Source: Octopus sinensis
Taxonomy: Eukaryota
Length of the DNA stretch: 64,000 bases
Reading direction: 5' to 3'
Assembly (NCBI RefSeq): GCF_006345805.1
Contig: NC_042997.1
Location: 57,040,001 to 57,104,000, forward strand
A program made the translations under genes and the position numbers. The notes beneath the pieces are model-generated. The model worked only from the letters and a program-made list of their open reading frames with translations, was not told the DNA's origin and ran no database searches. Positions 56,601 through 64,000 of the stretch are shown in pieces (position 1 is the first letter of the stretch; every line of letters begins with the position of its first letter).

Positions 56601-59600
56601 TAATAGTGGATTTTATACTAAAATGTGGGAAAATTAGAAATCAAAGAACTTATTAATAAAATTGTTACTGTACAATTGAATAATTTTGAAATTATACATT
56701 TATTACTCTTAACCTAAATTTTATTTCACCATATCTACCAATGTCTCTTGCACAAACAGCAAAGGAGGTTAACAGTAAAGGATCTATTTTATTTTTCTAC
56801 TGCATATAGTCTAGTTCAATATCTGTTTAATGTCTGATACATTCTGGCTCTATTTATTATTTGTAAATGACATTTATTTTAAGTGTGTGTGTTTGTGGAG
56901 TGGGTACAGAGGTCTAGTTGATTAAATTGACCTCAGTATAGATTGGTATTTACTTAATCAACCGTAAGGAGCTGGAAGGTAAAATTGACTTTGGCAGAAT
57001 GTAAATTTTGTGAAACAAATAAAAATTCTTTTACTTCAGCACTTCTGTTCATCAACTTCACTGCCTATAATTAAATTGATAATTATATTTGTAGTAGCAG
57101 TAAACTCTCACATTTTCCTAACAAAAGCAAAATGTTGCAATGCATATCAACTAAGAAGTTAGTGTATATACTATAAAAAGAGCTTCAGAAAGGTTTAGAT
57201 TGTCAACCTCGGGCCAACCAAAGCCTTGTGAGTGGATTTGGTCGACAGAAACTGAAAGAAACCCATCATGTATATCTATATATATATATATGTGTTTGTG
57301 TGTCTGTGTTTGTCCTCCCAACATCACTTGACAACTGATGCTGGTGTGTTTACATCCCCATGACTTAGTAGTTCAGCAAAAGAGACCGATAGAATAAGTA
57401 CTAGGCTTCCAAAGAATAAATCTGGGGTTGATTTGCTCGACTATAGGCGACGCTCCAGCATGGCCACAGTCAAATGACTGAAACAAGTAAAAGAGTAACA
57501 TATTGTTTAAGCGGATCAAATGTAAACTATAGATTTGATAAGAAAAATGTATACCTATTCACAAAAGAACAAGATTTCATTTTAATATTCAATGAATCTT
57601 TGAACATTAAAACGAATATTAGCTAAAAAGTTCAAATTTTTTAGTAAATTGGAATTGCTAGAAAGCCTTTCTTTTTCATGATAGAATACACATTAAATAA
57701 AACAAAGTCAGTTGTCAAATGTTGCCTGGGATTTCAGTATGTGGACATGGAGTCCATATGTGTGGGGACATATATATAAATCAGACAAGATGGTAAATAG
57801 CTTCAGTATGTTAATGAATGAAGGTGGGTTTTTTTCCCAAATTTGTCATAATTATACTTGAGATAAAAATACTAGAAATGGATCTAAATAAGCATTTTTT
57901 AATGAAAAGACATATATGTAGGTATCAAAAATTACTTTAGTTTAAATGCATAATAAAGTCCAAAGTAACTGGTGGTGGTCTGCATTGACAAAACTTTTGA
58001 AGTGAAGTACATGACTTTGAATAAGTTTATGTCATGGGCAGAGGTGGGAATATATCATTTCATTTGGTACAAAATAAATTTATCAACTAGTTGGAAAATT
58101 TATTTTCTCACAAATGAATGGTCAGTCCTGAGATGTTAGATTCCTCTTCCCCTTTGACAATACAAACATATCCAAAACCATGTTCTTTGGGTTAAATAAT
58201 CAACCCTACAAAGTGAAGGTTAAAATAAAAGTGAACAGAATTGAAAGTTAACTTAGCACAAGGATATATAACAGGAAGGAGAACATAGGAAAAAGTGATA
58301 GAAATTGATACGGAAGCTATTTAAAGAATATATTGCAATTGCTAGTTGGAAATAATGAAGGACTTACATAAGTTAGAGATATTCTTTTTGAGCAATTGGT
58401 AAGGCTAAAAAAATATTGCTAGTAAGTTCAAAGAATTATGTGAGGTTTTTATGATATTGAGTTAAGAAGACATGAATAAAATTGTGTATCATTCTTACTT
58501 GTATGCATAGCCACCTTGGTTATGTAAAATATATCTATAAAGCTTAAAAGTAAGTCCTTTGAAATCAAACAATCTTGTTATGGACTAGAGGTGTAAGATG
58601 TAAATATAATCAATGTCATAGGGTTTAATGTGAGAAAGGCAATTCCGGATCATTGCTACTGCATGATAAAGTGTTTTGTATAGATTTTACGAAGAGAGTT
58701 CCAAGATGGAATAGGAAATGTACATTTGAATGAGACAGTCAAAATACAAGTTATGCAAAAAGTTTTGAAGAACAGTCTAGTAGCAACACAAGTGGCACAG
58801 AGAAGATATATAAATGGACAATATACCAGAGGTAGTTTTTAAAGATGAGTTTACCTTCAAAGTAGCTATCTTTATACCATCTTAAAATAAACTTAGTGAG
58901 ATTTTCATAGAGATTAGAGTAGTTGTCCTTACAGAATCTATTACGAAAAACTATGCCAGTTAAGACTGAAATAGAAAATACTTTCATTAAATGCTCTATA
59001 CATAATTGAAAAAGTTTCTATTGTAATTTAATTAGTATCCAAAATATATGCTTCTGGGTAAATATAGTGGTGCAGATTCATAAATTATTAAACTGCAGAA
59101 TGTTATCCCCAGAGATCATGGCAGGTTGAATTTCAATTATTGTACTTAAATTAGAGTTCAAAAGTATATGAAGTTCTCTTTGTATGTTGTTTATAGTTGC
59201 TATATAAATGTAGACTAACATGAAGAGAAATTCATATTCCACTAAGGAAAACAATTTATATCAATAGCTGTTGACATTTAACAGTTACAGAACATACAAA
59301 TGCGCTGATAGCAGTTATGGTTATATTATTAGATTTGATATGTTACACAAACTTAAATTCATTGCATCCCAGTAATTTATTTTTTTATTTTCATCTGAGA
59401 TATGAATTAAATATTTTTAATGTATTTGAGTGTATGTGTGTGATATTTTTAGAGAAGAGAACAAAAATATATTTTATTAAAATATCTAAATATAACCTTT
59501 CGGATTAAAGATGGGCTAAATATAACCTTTCCAATTTAAGGTTGACTAATAAAATTAAATTTTACAAAACACAAGAAATATAATAGCTCCAGTATCAAGG

Positions 59601-61099
59601 AAACTTAACCCTTATCAGAGAATAATTTCCTAAAAGTATGTTAAATGTTTATTATAATAAAATAGTTTGCAAAGTATATTATAGTTATTTTCACATGCAC
59701 ACATTTAAGTTGTGAACTTCATGACACTGTTAAATTGGATAAACATGGAACATACTATGATAAGAAATTATGATCAATAAAGGTTAAGAAGTAACATTCT
59801 TGTTCAAATATTTTAAAATTAAATATAAATTTTTATCTCAATTCGTAAAGTGCAAGTTTTGAAGGTCGGTTAAAATAAAGTAGTTAAAGAAACAAAAAGA
59901 AGAAAATAACAAATGGAGTTCAAAAATATTAAGTCAAAGCTAAGAACAAATCATTAATTCTTACTGAAAGAAAGCTATCAAATGACTATACCTCAGATAG
60001 TTACAATCAATACAGAAACCAACCCACCTGAGATTGCCTCTGTTTCTGACAGGACTGTTCATTTTACTATGTGAACCTATAATGTTCATATTCTATTATA
60101 ATTTTATGCTACATTCCAGGCACCAACTTAATAATGATAAAGTTTGTTATTTTACTACAGCCATCCAAGTTCTTGATTTGGTCTTGGGTTCAGTTCCACT
60201 GTGTGGCACGTTGGACAAATGTCTTCTACTATAGCCTTGGGCTGACCACCAAAGCTTTGTAACTGAATTTGTTAGACTGAAAGACACTCATCATATATAT
60301 CTGTATGTGTTTTTTTTTTACAACTGATGTTGGTTTACATCCCTATAAATAATTTCAGTGAAAAGTACCAAACTCATAGATAAGTACCAAGGTCAATTTA
60401 TTTGACTAAACCCTTCAAGTCAGTGCATCAACATGGCCACACTTCAATGACTGAAACAAGTAAAAGATAAAAGATGTATAGAGATAAAAATATTGCTATG
60501 AAAGAGTTAAGAGGTAAATGATAGAACAACAGATTTAATAAATGTATAAAACAAATCATTTTTGAAGGCTGGGTGTATGGGGAATTTGTAAAAGAAGCAA
60601 AGGAATTATGTTAGAGAGATAAAATTACAGTATTGTTGAGTTCAAGAGTGGTAAAAGAGACATTAATAATAATTCATAATCTGGTTTGTATGTGAATGTA
60701 AGACTAACATAACATGTGTGAAAGTTATAGAAATTAAGAAGATTTTATACAGTGATTTTGTTTTTTAAATACATTAGCAAGTTTTCTTTTACTATGACAT
60801 TATGATGACATGTTCTGTAAAAACAAAATGGATATAAGGTTGAAAATACAGGCAAATATAATCAGCTCCAATTTCTGACACTCAATAGAACTCCCTTACC
60901 TGAAATTTTTGCAAGGTGGTGCAAGAATAGAAATATGTCTGTGGTTCATGTAGCAAGTATATCAATGCCTCACAGTCTTAGCCATATGGCTCTTACAATG
61001 AGTATCAGTGGGCCAGGTGGACTGGCTTACAGATCTATTTTGACACAAAATAATAACTTCAAAGTGTACCTCAATATATAAGGTGTGTAGCAGCTCACT

Positions 61100-61380
61100 C
61101 CAACAAACATGAGATACCTATCATTTTGAGAACAGTTATTAGGAGTTCAATTCTATGCTGAAGCTTGCCCAGCTTCAATACCTCAAACAGCTCATTGTGC
61201 AGGCTCTTCCGATTATCTACATAAAGTCCTTTGTTGATGGAATGCTCACAATAGGATCAGGCTCAGGACATTGGTTGGAAATTGTCCTACAATATAATAC
61301 ACATGGACTAAATGGTCATTGAATGCTGTCCTCAGAGCAAAGACATCTTCCAGTCGTACCTATGTGGTAAACAACTTTAT
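61100..61380 (-). mobile_element. possible highly decayed Tc1-like transposase fragment
   Basis: PEPDPIVSI resembles the PDLNPIEH motif; no TIR identified. Confidence 0.3.
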
Positions 61381-62249
61381 TTAAGGATAGCACATATAAA
61401 GGGACCTAGTAAATGTGGGCTGAAAGAATGCTTGCTCTGATTTCACATGACTCAGAAGCTGATCTCAGTCATCTCTTTCAGCAGTCCTGAAACTATGAAA
61501 GCCAGATAAATTGCAGTGGTTACACTATTTTTTAAATGGTGAACTAATCTACCAGCAATTCATGGTGTTAACAATACAATCAAGAACCTAATTTTTCACA
61601 CCCTCCCTGATACCCCTCTAGGAATAAATGAATGTATAACAACATTACATATTCTTCTGTCTAAGAACCAAGTTTATAACTATCTTCAGTTTTTAGGAAT
61701 CAACCTTAAGTACCAACAGGAAGGTAAAAGATAAGTTTTACAGAGCCAACTTTGAAAACTCATTTTGGTGACTTCAATTCAATAAATAAACAAAGGGTTA
61801 GTAAAATGATCTAAAATTACCTGTGTTTTCTCACTTTCTACTCAGAGAATAAATTGTATATCACAAACATTTTATCAAGAATATATGTACAAAACATTGT
61901 GGAGGCAGATTGATATAAGAAGTGATCATCTTTTGGTTACATTATTATTTGATAAAGGGACTTTTAGGACAGTCTAATGATTTAGACCATGTAGAGGGTT
62001 CGATACTTGATGGATTATCAGATGATATGTTAAAAAATGTGCATTTCTGTTCATTCTACATTCAGCACATGAAACACTTTAACACTGCTTCATTAGCTAA
62101 TCAAAATATTAGTCAAATCAAATCAAAACATTACCATATATTCACTATTGAGGTCTTTGAATATCTTTTCTTAACCTTTTCCATCATTCTTGATTTTGGG
62201 CTGTTTTTATGCAATCTGATGTTCTTATTCCAGTTCATATCTGAATATC

Positions 62250-63114
62250 ATTGAGCTAGTCTTTCCTTTTGCCATCTATTTTTCCAGACATGATTATATT
62301 TGCAAGCAACCTAGTCATTTTACTATTGTGACTGAAATACTGCATTTTTCTTCGACATGCTATTTCTGTCAGTCTTTCTTTTTACCTAATTAATGCATTA
62401 AGTTATTCTAAGACTGACTGGTTTGTCTGCGATTCCTGTTAAGTAATGCCAACAATTCTGAAAGCACCTCATCTTGAATACTGACAATTTCATCGTTGTC
62501 ATCATTTAGCATCTATTTTCCATGCTGGCATGGGTTCTCCATGCTATTTGAGCATGTCTATGTCTCCCATCCATACGAAACAATTGCACTTATCATAGAT
62601 TGTATTAGCCATAGCTTGTTACTCATTGTAATGTTTTTGCTGTTCCAGATCTTTGATAATTGTTCTATTTCAATTCACATCTGTATCTCAGTTCTTTCAT
62701 CCCCATAACCCAAATTCTCCTCACCATATTTCTTGAATAAATATCTAATCTCCTAATATCAAATAATTCACTTTTAGGACAGGTTAACAGATCAACATTG
62801 TCTGGAAATCTTAAGGTTGCAATTAATCTTCTGCCAATCCTGTGCCTTCAGAATCTTCTTGGGTACCAGTCAGGATTTGTTCAAGAAATATGTTGAAAAG
62901 TCCTGGTTATAATGGGCAGCAGCTTTGTCCCAGTTCAACATTTGCTTCATCTTTGCATTATTTCCTTGTCTTCCAGAACTGCACCAAATACTTTTCTTGC
63001 ATAGTTGTCTCAGTGTTCCAATCAATTACTGTGAAATGTCACACTTTTACAGTGCTCCTCTCCAGACCTTGGTTTTCATTTCAATTATCTGTTTTACAAG
63101 CATTGAAACCTTTC
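62250..63114 (-). mobile_element. degenerate RTE-type RT and C-terminus
   Basis: KVWRGAL, PGLFNIFLEQI, RFPDNVDL (RFADDIDL-like), RRKMQYFSH relics. Confidence 0.65.
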
Positions 63115-63124
63115 TAGAACCCTG

Positions 63125-64000
63125 CAAGAAGGGTTTAACGGAAATCAGATGGAAACGGACATACCAAATTGCCAAAGATGGGCTAAATAGAGAAATAGTT
63201 TCATTGAAGACAAAAATAATAACATGCTGATATATAGAACATGAACTGAGGAAAGATGGACAATATATGAATGGACTATATTAGTATTCCATTAGAAGAG
63301 ATTTAACATTATGTACACTCTGGGATAAGAAAGACCAGAAGAAGGTTTAGAGCCATATATTCTTAAAAGTAAAGTAGTGGGGAAGCAATAAAACATTTGA
63401 AAAACCAACAAAACAATAGTAGGTTGTAAACTATCTTAGCAAAATATTACTAGAGTACTAAATTATCTAAAATTGCATGCACAAAGGATAATTGCTGAAA
63501 AAAGAAGCAGGATTCTAATAATGTGTTACAAAATACAACTTCTCAAAATTAGTATGGTGGAAAATCTTAATACTCCAGAACTTGTACCAAATGTTGATAC
63601 AAAACATGTTACAACATGTTACAAAATGAAATTGACAGACTATGTCATATGTAACCCAATCACTAATAAAGAACAAGTTCTACAATGTGCTTAAAACAGT
63701 AAATGGACCTTAGCTGTGCACAGTTGACTTGATACACTTTTATACTCTTATAATGAACAAATCTTAATAAAAAATGAGGGGTAAATTCTTGAATGATGAG
63801 GTGAGCACTTCTGTTTCCTATTCAATATGGGGTAATTCTACCAACAATCTACAAGTGAAAAACGTTTTGAAATTGTCTTTGATCCAATACTAAATGAAAT
63901 ACAGACAGCAATTCAAAACCTGGAAAACTGAAAATTTCCTGACACATAATATTCCAAATGAAATTTACAAATATGGCAGTGTAAGTTTAGTAACCAGAAT
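63125..64000 (+). mobile_element. degenerate LINE endonuclease region
   Basis: GLTEIRW (GLSEVRW-like) and KLTDYVIC (IDY-like) relics. Confidence 0.5.

Overview
AT-rich, microsatellite- and SINE-dense animal genomic DNA. The repeat landscape suggests a coleoid cephalopod, probably Octopus (inference). About 45 kb holds the 3' part of one + strand multi-exon gene, rebuilt by hand as 17 phase-consistent coding exons (1337..45827, about 1658 aa in the window; the 5' end lies upstream). Its domain order is ankyrin repeats, a helical region, a ~950 aa low-complexity linker, a kinase-fold domain and a KEN RNase domain, which is an RNase L-like architecture. Both enzymatic sites look dead: HRD is HGR, DFG is NYG, and KEN RN..HHY is YN..ILY. 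The introns and downstream DNA contain pogo, maT/Tc1 and mariner DNA transposon relics, RTE and CR1 LINE relics, several tRNA-derived SINE families and a MITE. One tRNA-headed short element carries a minimal hammerhead ribozyme of the Penelope-associated, palindromic stem III type. It occurs at two loci, both as head-to-head foldbacks, and the only copy with an unaltered core lies in sense ~960 nt after the gene's stop codon. All alignments were done by eye; no searches were run.
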